A stretch of DNA of 64,000 nt from Lama guanicoe (taxonomy: Eukaryota): assembly GCA_013239625.1 (NCBI GenBank), contig MU054323.1:10199186-10263185 (forward strand). Direction: 5' to 3'. This document shows, piece by piece, positions 41,262 through 55,901 of this stretch. The notes under the pieces are model-generated. The model had not been told where the DNA came from and did no database searches. It saw only the letters and a program-made list of their open reading frames with translations. The position numbers and the translations under genes are program-made. Numbering within the stretch: the first letter of the stretch is position 1; each line of letters begins with the position of its first letter.

Positions 41262-41741
41262 TGTGAACGAAAATACTGTAATGTGAGTGAAAATATCAGT
41301 AAACAAATGCTGAAACCAAGTCATCAGTGGCTGCCGCCACCCCCCAGTGGGGACAGGCCTGCAGTCCAGCCTCTGCAGCCACTCACAATGGTGCCCTCTC
41401 AGTGGACTCAGAATAAGAAAGAATAGGATACTGGCCCTAGATAGCTAGGTGCTTGTCAAAGGAATGAATTCAGTGAGCCCAAATGTTTGCTTCCTCCCAC
41501 ACATAGAAGAGCACTAAATTCTTTAACTTGAAATGCCTGGTTTTCTTTAGATAACAAGTAATCTTTTATTGTTCCAACTACCTGGTCTTTGTTGTAAAGC
41601 TCCTATATATCCTAGCTCCTCCCCTGCCTCTTCGGGGCAGTCCCTCAGAGTGATCTGAGAGGCTGTCATCCCGGCTCGAGTCCTTCCACCAAATAAAACA
41701 TAACTTTTAACTTTTAGGCTGTGCGTTTATTTCAGTCGACA
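41262..41741 (+). repeat. 3' LTR of inner ERV (480 bp)
   Basis: Differs from the 5' LTR by about 11 substitutions and 3 small indels (hand count). Confidence 0.95.
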
Positions 41742-44094
41742 CTACCCAGCCCAGCATGATCCAAAGGAAAGCTATGCTTGTCAAAAAGTCCCCTCCACGA
41801 ATCCTCTTAAAGATGGAGTAGCCCTGCAAAGCTTCAGCTTAATCGTCCATAAGTGACCAAAAACCCAAGACAAGGTAAAAGATCCAACCACAATCTTCTT
41901 GACAAAGAAGTTTCAAGTTGCTGTGACATACACTTCAAGGTAAGAACCAGAGCCACGACTGACAGCATTACACCAGGACACCTCCAAACTTCAGAACCCC
42001 CGCACAATTTCCAGAATGTCTGTACCAGCAACATCTGTCCATACCAAACAATCTGAGGCTTGTCACTCATTTGACAATGCTTCCCAAGCAATTTAACATA
42101 CCAACCAATCCTAGTTAGTTTAGTATTTTTCTCTGAGATGCCTCAGGAGCCCTCTGAAGCATCCTAAAGTTAAAGTTAAAAGAACTTTAATTAGAATTTG
42201 ATAGGAAATTTGTCAAAAATATCAACAAGCTTCACACAATCTGTTATCAGACGTATCCTAAATAAATTCATTCTCTCAACAGAGAAGAAGCAAATCCAAT
42301 TCTGCACCAGCCTACTTTGAACAAAATCCATTTACCAAACGAAGTTTAATCTAATCTCAGCCTGACCACACACAGAACTCCTTTTATAGGGCTCCCTTTC
42401 CAAAAATTTTCCACCACTTTCTGTATCCATATTAGTTTGTCCCTTATTTTTTCCCCATCTAGTACCAGCTCCAGGATGAAATCCCTTTCTTTCCCCTTAA
42501 AATGGAATTCCATTCCTCATACTTTTTTTCCCTCAACACACAAATCCTACTTTCTTAGTATATACTGAAGTATTTCTTTCATTATTTTTAGTAGTTTAAA
42601 TTACACGCTTAAATAGAATCCTTAACTCTAAAAAATCTTAAATTTCTAGTGAAAACCAAGAAGCAAGCAATCATGAACTTTTACATTAGCATTCAGTAGA
42701 TTGGCAAATAAAAATACCAACAGTAATCTCTAAAAACGTGTGCTTTCTACAGAAAAATCTCTCCAAGTGGCACCAAGCATATTTAATAACAGTCCTAAAC
42801 ACCTTTAGCTTCTCTGTAAAGGGAAGCCAATGTTCAGTAAATAAGGTTTCAGTATCTTATTTTATTTGGGAAGACCTAGTTATTCAACTATATTCAATCA
42901 ACTTTCATCATTTAACTTAATTTAGCATAACTTGAAAATTTCAAGTTATCAAATTTCACTTGTACATAGACATTCCTAAAACAATTATTTCTAAAGAGTT
43001 CACCCAAAAGTTTATCTCATTTGCATTTAATTTACTTATAAGAATTTCATCATACCAAGTTAATTTTTTCCTTTCTGCTGAAGACTTCACAACAGAAATA
43101 ACATAAACTTACTGACCTTCAGTAAACCCAGGTACAACAAAAGACACATCTATATTGATTATACCAACAAGCTTAAGCTAGCTTTTATATTAGATTTTAA
43201 TATTGAATATTCCCTAGATCACATGAGACAAATTTGTTCTGTCTAGCTTCTTTTATACTTAGAGGTATTTAATTTGTAAGCATTTACTTTTAACTCAATT
43301 AAATAGAGCTCACTTACAGGTTAATTTTTACATAAAAGGCAGATGGAACCAGAGATATGTTTTTCCACTTGAGTTCAAAACAAAACAAAACTTTTTTCTC
43401 CTTGAGAACTCAGGTAGATGATTTACATCTCAAAGACATAGGAAGAGAAATGCAAATTCTTCCCCTAATGGCTTTTACAAAACCCAACCATCTTGGCTAT
43501 TTTCAGGGATTTTTTTTTTTTCAATTCCCAAACATCCGCTTTAGTTGAAAGAAGTAACAGTAATAGACGATAGTAAATATATCATTTGCTCATATCCACA
43601 TGCCTCACTTTCAGCAAAACCAGGGAGAGAGAACAGGATTTGGACTCAGGTACTAAGACCCACACACTCAAGATAAAAGCTGATTATTTTCTTTCATTTA
43701 CAGGAGCACAGCTAAAGATCTCCCAGTTTTGCAAAAATACCCCAGGGGACTATAAGATGGACCAGAGCTCTGAATACCCATAATAATTATTCACGGCTGG
43801 TGTTGTCAAATACCAAGCAAACAAATGCAATGCAAATGGCCTCTCGGTTGGTCCAAAAGGGGAGAACCCCAACCAATACCCCATCAGAGATAAAGCTAAA
43901 TGAAAGCCCTCAAAGCTAGAAAGGGGAAATTCCAACCAACGCAGGTGAAGCGAATGCAATGGGGAAGAATACCCTGGTATCATCACACGCGAGCCCTGTT
44001 ACTCACCAAAGACTTCTCAAACAGCCAGTGCAAGTACTGATACATCACACACCCACACACACTACAACCAAAAGATCCGACAAGGCATAGCCCC

Positions 44095-44480
44095 AAAATT
44101 CCACTTTCACTCCCAGACAGAAGCTTCCAGAGTGGCCTGGGTCCCCCAAGGGAATGGACCCAGAGTGGCTCCCAATGAGCCCAGAATGTCTCACTTCCCC
44201 GAAGGGGATGAGCCCAGGTGGAGTGGGTCGAATTCTCCATCCTGCACAAGCCAGAGCGGCTCACCCCAAAATGATACACAAAAGCACAAACAACAAATGA
44301 GCTATGGTGGCACAGACAGAAAATCAGCAGAGGTGTAGTCTAAAATTCCACTTCTACTCCCAGACGGAGGCCTCCGAACAGACTGGGCCAGCTCCTGAAA
44401 AAGAACGGACCCAGAGTGGCTCACAAGGAGCCCAGAGAGGCTCACTTCCTGCAAGGGGGTGAGCCGGGTGGCGTGGAGAG
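44095..44480 (-). repeat. Diverged direct repeat (~135-bp core, ~245-bp spacing) in outer ERV leader
   Basis: aaaattccactt..actcccagac..ggacccagagtggctc..gagcccaga..ctcacttcc..aagggg.tgagcc at ~44095 and ~44342. Confidence 0.75.
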
Positions 44481-44661
44481 AATACTCAGCCCACACAAGC
44501 TGGGGACTCACCTCCAGATGACACTGAGTGTGGACCGTAGCTCCCTCCCAGTTCCCGGAGCGAAGTGAGCTCTGTTAGCCGCTGGAGCCCAGGGAAGGGA
44601 CTGGCCCGGGCCGGAGCTGACCTGCCACGGGAACAGACTCCTACGCTGGCTTCCCCCAAAC

Positions 44662-45063
44662 TGTTACCAAGCTGTTCGCCTGCCCGACTGAGCAAGGTTA
44701 ATTGAAGGGCGGAGCTAGGAGAAGGAATGGCTCATGCCCAATAGGCCCCAAGCTCCCAGAAGGGTTTCAGCTGAGCATTTTTAAAAGCCATCTGAGGGAG
44801 GGGCGACTCAGGGTATGTGATCAGCTGTACACAGTTCTCTGATTGATGGTGATTAATCCTTGGCACCAGCAGGCTGGAGGGTATGTGCTCATGATCATTA
44901 AGTAGTTAATTTCTTCCACTTGGTGGTGTTTTTTTAACATCTGAAAAACTCAGGAAATATGCATGAGATATTATTATCTGGGTACTTCAGAGAGGGGCTT
45001 CAGCAGAGGCTACGGGGGAGGGGGCTGTCCTGGGAAGGCCCCACAGGGTCCTGCTTTGTTACA
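44662..45063 (-). repeat. 5' LTR of outer ERV
   Basis: tgttacc...tgttaca; on the minus strand it is followed by a PBS-like site and a splice donor GAG|GTGAGT at 44512/44511. Confidence 0.9.
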
Positions 45064-46100
45064 GAAAGAGGCACAGAGTGAGTGCTTTAGAAAGGGATCT
45101 GCAGTTTTGGAGGGGGTTACTCTAAACCATGGAGGGTGCCTTGGGGGTCTCGTGGGAAGTGGTCTTTGTGCTTGACTTCTCTGGGGACCTTATTGGGGTC
45201 AGAAGAACTGGGCACTGTGAAAGAGACAGTCCCCATTTCCTCGGGAAAAGAAAGGTAATATATTTCTAAGAAAATATTCATCCATCTTGCTGTAGTATTA
45301 AAACTATCTTTTCTCTCTCCAGGTAAGTGCTTTCTGTTCTTGATAAAGAGGACCCAGGCCTAGCTTCCCTCGAGTCTCTTTGTGTCTTAGCCCTCATTAC
45401 TCAGGATGCAAGAACCACTGATGTCTCAAATGCTCCGTGAGCCTGGTGTGCTGCAGGGACTAAATCTTCACAGGCATTAAACCCCGGGCCAGGTTTATCT
45501 GGGCTCCCTGTCTTTGGCTGCTCAGAGCAAATTAACTGCTCTGCTAATAAGTCCACCCAGAAGCAGACAGTTGGCAACTGTGGGGGGGGGGCGGTGTTGG
45601 GGGAGGGGTGTATGGCTGTCTAGCAGGGCAGAGTATAGCCATTTGTATCCATGCTGGGCAAAGAACGAGTTGGAATCAGGGTTTTTTCCCCACTTTGCCA
45701 CTTGCGGCACTTTCTTTGGCAACTGGACACTGGGCAGTCGTGGTGATGGGTGCATCCTGTCCAGCACGCAGAGAATTTTGTCCAGTATTTCCCAAAGCCG
45801 ACCATGGGATGGAATTCAATCAGATAGGTCTAAATAGGCTTCTTTATCACAGGAATTATCAGTCTTTGCTATACACTAACGTCTGTTGAGACTCAGTAAG
45901 AGGGGAGTCTACTTGGCTCTGAAGTTTGACCAGAGAATTCTTTCGAGCACATGTGTGAGTGTATGGCACCTCAGGGCTTTGACACTCCCTTCAGGGACAC
46001 TGTTTAGACCAATGTCCTACTTTCACAGGTGAGACAACAGGTGCAGGGAAGTGCAATGACTTCTTTGGTCACAGTTCCTGTGGGGTTATTTCCAAAGGAT

Positions 46101-46135
<35 letters not shown>

Positions 46136-48289
46136 TAACAAAAGACATAATAACAATGATATCTGGTCCCTTCCTAAGGAGCACCTGCATTTAGTGATGA
46201 AGATCACAGGAAGCGGGGGAGGAACTGTTTCACCAAGTGAAAAACAGAATAGGCATATATTTAAAAACTGATAGATCTGAGGGTGAGAGGGAAAGATGAA
46301 AGGAAGAAACAAAGAATGCAGACAAGGAACAAAGATATTAAAAGCGGCAAAAATCCATTTTCAAGTGATGAAGACATGAATGATGCTGGGCCCTCACATT
46401 TCTGGCTCCTGGTTAGCTGACAAAGTGTCCCTCCACACATTTTGGAGCCAGCATTGGTTATTTGGCAAAATCAGAGCCAAAGATGAAAACCTAAGCTTTA
46501 GTTGAAATCAGAGGTTCTCAGCTCTACACTGTGACCTCTAACATCCAAGGAGCCACCAAGGTCCTGAGCATCTTCTCCGGAGCCATTACCTACAGGATTA
46601 CCATGTTCCAAATAGGTACAGACGCTATAGTGGTCAATGACTGCCACCTTTAATAAAGAGATCACTGACTCCTTCATGGCCTTTGTCATTATAGATTGAA
46701 TCAACTGATACTAAAAGAGCAGCTACTAGCCTGTATCTGGCATATATTAAACCCACAATAAAAACTTGTTCAATAAAGAGAAGGTCTGCAAAGTTATGTT
46801 GACATTAAAAGATTCCTTCCTTCCTGAAGAGGTGGGATCCTGGGACCAAATGATGTTTTTGTCTGTACCCGGGAATTTCATTTCCATGACAGACAGGCCC
46901 AGGCACCCCTTCTGTCCATCACGCGTTTATGTCTGTTATTATTTCATGTCAATACGTTATCTGAAGCTGGAGACTCTTAGACCATCTCTGAGGTCCTTCC
47001 ATCCTGATGGTCTATGGAACCCCTGAGTCCCGGGGATGGCAGGAAGTGAGGACAGAGAGCTCGTCTGAGTCTTAGTGCCCAGTCAGGTGTCTGCACACAG
47101 CAGGTCATCAAGGAAACCTGGAGAGACTCAGGGGCTTCAAACAAATGAATCAGGTGCAATTCAGGCCTTTGAATCCAGTGAGCTCCCCAGCTTGGAGGTA
47201 TAACTACCCCCCCGCCCCCGCCCAGTGTGTGCACCTCCCCAGCCCTGATGCCCATCAGCCAATCCTTCCCTTCTTCAGCACCTGTCGGATTTACTGATAT
47301 TAGCCCCTCTGTCCGCTATATTCTCACAGTCAACCTGATCCTCACTCTACCAAGTTGGATTCTGTGGGTCAGAGAATCCACGCAGGATGCCCAGCAACCT
47401 CCTGACCCCCTCCCAACTCCCTGCCCATGGGAAGCTGCCGCCACAAACATATTTGCATGGGGTCACTCTGGAGGGCTGTAATCTGGTATTTTAAATCACC
47501 CCGCATGGGCAGGTATCTGAGGAAGGACCAGCTCACTGGGACGGGTGGGTGTTCCGGCGGGGTGAGGAGGATGACTGAGGTGCTACCAAGACGTGGGGGC
47601 ATGGTTGGCAAGGAAAGCCACACAAAACAAGAGCACCACTGAGCGTTAAAGGGCAGATTTGGTGGGTGGGATCCTGACCCCTAGAAGCAGCTCTCCCAAG
47701 TGGAGTCGACTGTCTCCTGGTTGTGGGCATCCCATGGGCAGTGGCTGCAGTTAGAGGTTGGAACTTGGCTGCAGGCTCCTGCTCTGAGTCTCCTCAGGGT
47801 GGCCCGGGGGCGGGGAGGTGGTGGGAGATACCAATGATCTGCCCTTCTTCGCTGGGGCATCAAGGGAGAGAGATGCCTTCATCAACAAGACAGAGAGAAG
47901 TCCCCTACCTCCAAGGTCCTCGGACTTGCCAAGTGACGGGTTCCCAGATTCCCTTTACAAGGAGGCCTCTCCTCTGCATGCATAATACTATCTTGTCTTC
48001 AAGCCTGAGGCATGTCCAGTGGGAAAGCCAGAGCTATGTCTCTTCCCAAAGTGTGATACCCCATTTGACCTCTCCCAGAAGCACCACTGAGAATCTCAGG
48101 GCACAAGGGCTGAGGTTCTTCCTTGCTGGGTGGTGGTGGGAAAGCCAAGGCTGGTGCCCAGACCCCAGCAGAGGTGCCTGTGGAGCTGACAGCATTTGCT
48201 CTCAATGACCCACCCTGGCCTTGGTATGCCATGGCTTCCCAAAGAGGACCCTTGGGATAAACAGCACAGGAGGCCGGAGAGAGCACATA

Positions 48290-48480
48290 ATCAGGAGCCA
48301 TAAGCCCCGAGTTTTAGTCCTAGCTCTTCCACTTCCACTGTGTGGCCTCGGCAAATCACATAACCTCTCTGAGCCCCTGTTTTCTCATCTCTAAAATGGG
48401 GTGAGATCTGCACCGTCCACTTCATAGGGCAGTTTTGAGAAACGTGAAAACTATGAGGAGGATGCTGACAGTGCCGACGA
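48290..48480 (+). mobile_element. MIR SINE
   Basis: gtcctagctcttccactt..ctgtgtggcctcggcaaatcacataacctctctgagcccctgttttctcatctctaaaatgggg. Confidence 0.8.
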
Positions 48481-49205
48481 GGACGGTAACAAGGGGGGGT
48501 TAGCTTTCTCCCCTTGTCCCCCCGCCCCCTTTTCTCCTGCCAGGTGTGCTCAGGGGCACACATCTTTTCAAGGAGTTAGATCAAACTGCTCTTAGATGCC
48601 GAGACAGGTCACCCAGAGGCTTGCAGAAGAGTGTGGTGGCTCCCAAGGCTGTGGTTTTTAAACTGAGCCTGACCGACTGGGGAGCAGGTGTGACCTTTCA
48701 AGGTTTCCATCACCTCTTTGAGTCCTTGTGAGAATGTCCAGTTCTGGTTTTGCTGTAGCCAAGTGGCTATCACTCTTCCTCTGCTTTTCTCGGGGTGGAG
48801 AGGCTACAAGTCTTCCCTGTGGTCCTCACAGTCCAGCAGCAATTCAAGGAAGCCAGGTCCCAACTCAGGGGTCTGCTCTGCTCCAGTTCCCAGAGCCTGG
48901 GGCCTCTGAAGACCCCAGCAGTGACAGGAGTGGGCAGCTGGACTCTGGCTCTGCCCAGTGTACTGTGTTTTATAAGTTAGAACCACCTCTGAGCTGTTCT
49001 AGCCCAGCCCACAGATTTCATGTTGCAGATGAAGTTAGAGGGGGTTGGCTTCCCTGAGCCACATGGTCATCTAACGGCCAAGCAGGGCTGGGCGTGAGTG
49101 AGTCCACCTCGGTTACTTCACTCCCCCAAGCTCTAGCCCTTCAACCATAACACATATGCAGCACCTTCCTAAACATCCCAGAACTTCATTTCAATAGTAA
49201 AACTA

Positions 49206-49802
<597 letters not shown>

Positions 49803-51054
49803 TCACTGTCACATTATGGAAATGCATTCTGTAAACGTGGGGAGCAGGGGTCCCATGCTGAGCCTAAGCAGCTGAGAATCTCATTGCTGAGCAGGTGGAA
49901 GAACCAGAGGGCAGCGGCTGCGGAAGTTCATCTGCATCAAAGTACTTGGTTGGAGGCAGGAGGATGCTGCCTGTGCGAGAGCACTTGGGTGAGAAGGTGG
50001 GATGGGGGAGAGGAACACGTCTTTCTTGGAGGCTGGTGCTTGGACGTGGGCTAGGATTCACATGTGGGTTCTCCGAGGAAGCCTCAGGTGGAAGCTGGAG
50101 GAACTGCCTCCCCGAGGGACTGTGGGAGATCTGCCAGGTGACCACGTGCAGAAGATGGAGGAAGAGGGCCACTGCATCCTGCTGTGGCTTCTGCATGGGG
50201 GCTCTGAGATTTGGGTTTTCTTGTTAACATGATTCTGTTAGGACACAGAGGGCAGTGGGGACGGGGAACTCCACGTGGGCGCATGCACGTGGAGCTGAGA
50301 GGCTGGGTGAGGGCTGCCCACACGTAACGCTGGTTAGACACTGTCAAGCAGAGAGACTCAGTGATGTGTGTTAGTCACTGTCGAGCAGAGACTCAGTGAT
50401 GTGGGTCTCCTATGGATGCAGTGCCTCAAACACCCCTCTGGCCTCGCTCCCTCTGCCACTTATGCCAGGGGGAGACCCTGGCCCCTCTAGCCTGTCAGGA
50501 TGTTTCAGACTCCTGGGAGGCCAGGGGCCTGGCCAGATCTCAAGATCAAACATCTACTGTCAGAGCCCCAGATGTGACCACTCTCATTCAGGGGTCCCAG
50601 ATCCACCAGCTGAAGGGCCAGGCCAGCTGGGTGGACGAGGGGGGACCCCCATCATGCCGGGGCACATTTCCTCTACTTGAGAGCTGAGAGCTGGGGCTGG
50701 CGAAAGACCCGGTGGACGATCCAACTGAAGGAAGGTCATACCGTCTACTGCCAACAGCCAGCACGCCCCATTCCTTAAGAAAAAGGAGGGAGGCCCAATG
50801 GCTGACACAGGGGAGCAGGCTGAAGGCAGAGTGATACTGACTGGATTATTAGGCTACGAGATTCTTTTTCTGAGACAACCATCTGGGGGCTGTTCCACCC
50901 TGGCAAGATGTGCTAAGAATTTTGGGGCGTCTCCTGCTGGAGAGGAAGAAGTACACTGGAGGACAGCCCTGTCTGCCCTGGAGGCCTGCCTGTTAGGAAC
51001 GCCTCATGCTCCTTACAGGACTGCGGTGGAGTGAGGTGTCTCTCTGTGCCATTA

Positions 51055-51183
<129 letters not shown>

Positions 51184-51214
51184 TCAGCAGAGAGCTGCGC
51201 TTACAGAGACCTCA

Positions 51215-51505
<291 letters not shown>

Positions 51506-52028
51506 TTATCTGGCAAGAAAGGTTCCAACTGGGGATTCATGATATTGGCTGGACATTCCTTCAGTGAATACTTACTGAGTCTCTGATATTTGCCAGGGTC
51601 AAAGAGGTGAATGGGACATGGTCCTGCCAGAGAGGCTCAAACTCCCTGGGGAGGGACAGGTGGCTGGCAGACACCTCCTGGCCCGTGCTCAGTGAATGAG
51701 AGCCGAGCGCACAGGGTGCTCTGGGAGCTGGGAGGGTGGAGGGGAGTGAGGCCTGGGGAGGGGTGCTTGGGTAGACTTTGAGGCTTGCCCTGGTTTCTCT
51801 CATTTAGGCCTCCTCTCATTGTACCAACCCCATGAATATACGGGGTGCTGAAACAAACACCCACCCGCAATGGCCCTGAACGTGAAACCTCCCCCCAGGA
51901 GGGCTGGGGCTATCTCATGGGTGGCTTTGCTGGCTTCTTGAGGTGCAAGGATGACATCCAGCCCCTTAGAACTCTCCCCTCCCTCCCTCACCACCCCCGC
52001 TGCCCCACAGGACAGTGGTGGGCACTCA

Positions 52029-52298
<270 letters not shown>

Positions 52299-52459
52299 CT
52301 ACTTCCCCCCGGGGATCTAAACTTATCCACCACACTTAGTCATACTAACAAAATGATTACAGGTGTGAAAGCATACCTTTAACTGAAAGATTAAAGTAAA
52401 TGTAAAGCTTAAAACCATATGAATGTAAAAGATTTATCTCATTATGCAGGGCCACAGGC

Positions 52460-52873
52460 ACATTCGTTTGGGTCCTCTGAGAAGCAGACCCAAGATGGGA
52501 TTAACGTGCAAGGATTTTATTAGGGGAAACGCCTGTGAGAGAACTTCAGGAGGGAACAAGGAAGGCTGGAAGAGCCACCAGACCATGTTGAAAATCTGAC
52601 CCCTTGGGAAGGACAGAGTAAGGGAAGGTTGAGTAAAGATCCTTGACAGCCGTTCAGTTTAAAGAAGCCCCAGCAAGGCTGCTGGGAAGTTCTGGAGCCA
52701 AAGAGGCCATCAGAGGAGTCCCATGTCTCCAGGCAGTCTTAGTATCTCTGCTACGCCCAGGCACTGAGTGGAGCAAACATGGCCATGACTTTGAGAGTAC
52801 AGCTGGGGGTCCAGTCACCTGTGCTTCCTACAGTTGAAGCACCACCAAGCCACACAGCTGGACAACTGCCACA
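52460..52873 (-). mobile_element. LTR16-type (ERVL) solo LTR in ALK intron 19, sense to ALK
   Basis: Minus strand begins tgtggcag and ends ..gggtctgcttctcagaggacccaaac; AATAAA at 52516-52521; TATA-like tttaaa near 52660. Confidence 0.75.
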
Positions 52874-52899
52874 GAGTGCAAGGCCTCTATTCTGGGTCT

Positions 52900-53350
52900 A
52901 AACTGGTGCCTGAGGACCTGAGTCCTAATCCTGCCTTTGTTACTTACAAGCTGTGACACTAAGTGACACGTGACTCTTTGATCTCAGTCTCCTTCTCTAA
53001 GCCAGGGCAGTAACTCTTGCCCTGCCCCTAAACCCCCACTCCCTAGGGTTGTGATAATGAAATGAATTCAACAGCATAAAATGGTTTTGGAGAGTTCTAA
53101 AGAGCTCTCCCAGTGCAAGTGACCAACATCATTGTTATTACTACATGAGAACATTCCATAAGGCAAACTCCATGATAGGTGATTCGCAGGGTGGATTCTG
53201 CATTTAAAGCTCAGCCCCACCACTTACGGGCCAGGGCAAGTGAGGCAATTTCTGAGCACTCAGCTCCTCCTCCAGGAAATGTGCCAGCTGTGATCATAGG
53301 ATTCTTTGAGGATTTAGTGAACTAAAATGTGTCAATACCCCTGTGTGTGC
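52900..53350 (+). mobile_element. Two decayed MIR fragments
   Basis: gacctgagtcctaatcctgcc..tacttacaagctgtgac..ctcagtctcctt; caccactta..gggcaagt..ttctgagc.ctcag..tgaggattta. Confidence 0.55.
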
Positions 53351-53958
53351 AATAATGGTATCAAGGATGGTATCATGGGGGTCACACACGCTACCATTCC
53401 CCCGTCCTCTCAGATTCCTTCACCCACGAGGGGCTGGCCTAACAGTGCTGCCTGGAGTCCAGCTTTGCCCTCCGCCTCGCCTCAGGTCCCTGCCCCCTTG
53501 CCCCAGGCTTTTGTAGTGTAATAGCTTGGCTGGACCACGCTGAGCCTTCTGTGACCTGCAGATCAGCGCCCCTTGGCTCACAGGCCCAGCTGGAAATACT
53601 CAGAAACCAGCTCCACACTCTCTGCGTGGGGAAGACAGGGCTGGGGGCGCGACCCAGGGAGTGAGCCAGACTAGAGGAGGCCGCTCTGATGAGAGATAAA
53701 AGTGAGGTCTGCAGTGCGGGCGAGCTTCAGCCATGGTGTCCTCCTCCGAGGAGTGCCCAGTCCGTGAGCAGCCAGGAGGCTATGCTTGGGGCTGAGGGTC
53801 AGAATCAGGGGCTCCCAGGAAGCAGAGCTGTGCTGGGGGGTGGCAGGCAGGGGGCTTCTGTTTTGGCTCCGCCTGGGCAGTGCTCATCACCACCCACCCA
53901 GAGTGACACCTCAGTGTCCGTGGCACAGCCTGAGATGCTATTCCGTCCTGCCAGATCA

Positions 53959-54174
<216 letters not shown>

Positions 54175-55072
54175 TCAGAAATCCCCTCCCCAGCCGGGAC
54201 AAAAGCTGCCCACTCCTCCCCAGCCCTGGACACCTTGACCAGCATTCTTTTTGGAGGACCAGGCGTGAAGCAGGAGCATCCTGGCTTTACAACTTTCAAC
54301 ATAGCTTTTGCAGGGAGGGCATATGTAACAGAGATAAATATCAAATTATGGACAGGGATCCAAAACATCTCCTGCATATGACAGGATGAGGATGAAAGGT
54401 GAGCCAATGGTGGCTACAGAAGAGATTCAGGTGCCTTAGGTGACTACAAACTCGGTGCGGCCCAATGACAGTGTGCCCATCAATAACATTCTTGAGGCTG
54501 AATTGATTCCACATCCCTGGAGCACTGGGCCCAGTGCTGGGGAGGGAGGGCCCGGTGCACGCTGGCACCGACCACACTGAGGCACTGTCCCCGGTCCCAG
54601 ACACTGCATTTCACAAGGGACAGTGACAACTGGAACACCTGCAGACGTGGGACGCTGGGATGAAGGGGAGATATAAACCTGTGTCCCACATGAACGGATG
54701 GAAATAAACAGCTTATTTGATTTGGAGAAGACTCGAGGAGGAGGACGGCAGCACTGTCCTCAGACACCGCACCGGCAGGGCTGTTGCAAGCAGGGAGCCA
54801 AGGAGTGGAAGCACGACGTCTGGGTCCGTAACTCCCCGATGGGACAGTTGCCTTGGGGGTATGCTGGGCTGCTCCAGTGGGGACGGGCTGGCCCCTTGCT
54901 GAGGATGTGGGGGTTCACACCCTGGGCTAGGGGTGGGACTAGGTCATGAGCTGTGACCCCCTTTCACACACAGGTCTCTCTGCCCATCGTCAGAGCACTA
55001 GTGCTGGGGGCAGACGGGGTGTCAGGAAGTTTACAAAACTGCACCTGAGGTGTCTCAGAACCCTGGAAACTA

Positions 55073-55453
<381 letters not shown>

Positions 55454-55745
55454 TCAGAGGACATGTAGGTGCGTTTTTGTAGGCAAGGGGAGGGCCCACA
55501 CGAGGGACACTTGGGTTGGCTGCTACGGGTACAGGGCCTATTATTGTTGCATCTTCTAGGACCGCCTGCCCAGTAGTCAGTCTTCTGCCTCTGGGTCCAT
55601 ATCAGATCACACATCCTGATTTCCAGAAAACTTGGTGAGAGGAACACTAGGAAGACTTGCCTGCAAGGGACCCACAATCATGCCTTTGTATCCTGGACTC
55701 ACATCAGTAACCCCGAGGTTTTAGCTGGGAAGAAGAACTGGCCTA

Positions 55746-55901
<156 letters not shown>

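Larger units (their letters stand above)
34593..41741 (+). mobile_element. Inner young non-autonomous ERV1 provirus (7.15 kb)
   Basis: Near-identical LTRs at 34593-35087 and 41262-41741; TSD ctac (34589-34592, 41742-41745); PBS at 35092-35109; PPT agagggag at 41251; AT-rich interior with only an integrase C-terminal vestige (~40250-40345, KGP.QVLLT-like) and env vestiges. Confidence 0.95.
32253..45063 (-). mobile_element. Outer ERV1-class defective provirus, same orientation as ALK
   Basis: Homologous LTRs at 32253-32690 and 44662-45063 with TG..CA ends; TSD gaaa (32249-32252, 45064-45067); PPT aaaaaaaagagggg beside the left LTR; degenerate PBS (tgggggaagccagcgtaggag) beside the right LTR; env TM remnant. 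Confidence 0.9.

Noticed and set aside
45578..45612. G-run cluster with G-quadruplex potential (also 7681-7707)
   Set aside because: Such tracts are frequent in mammalian introns; nothing else points to function.
50333..50405. ~37-bp tandem duplication (also a perfect 22-bp duplication at 56534-56577)
   Set aside because: Common slippage duplications with no sign of function.
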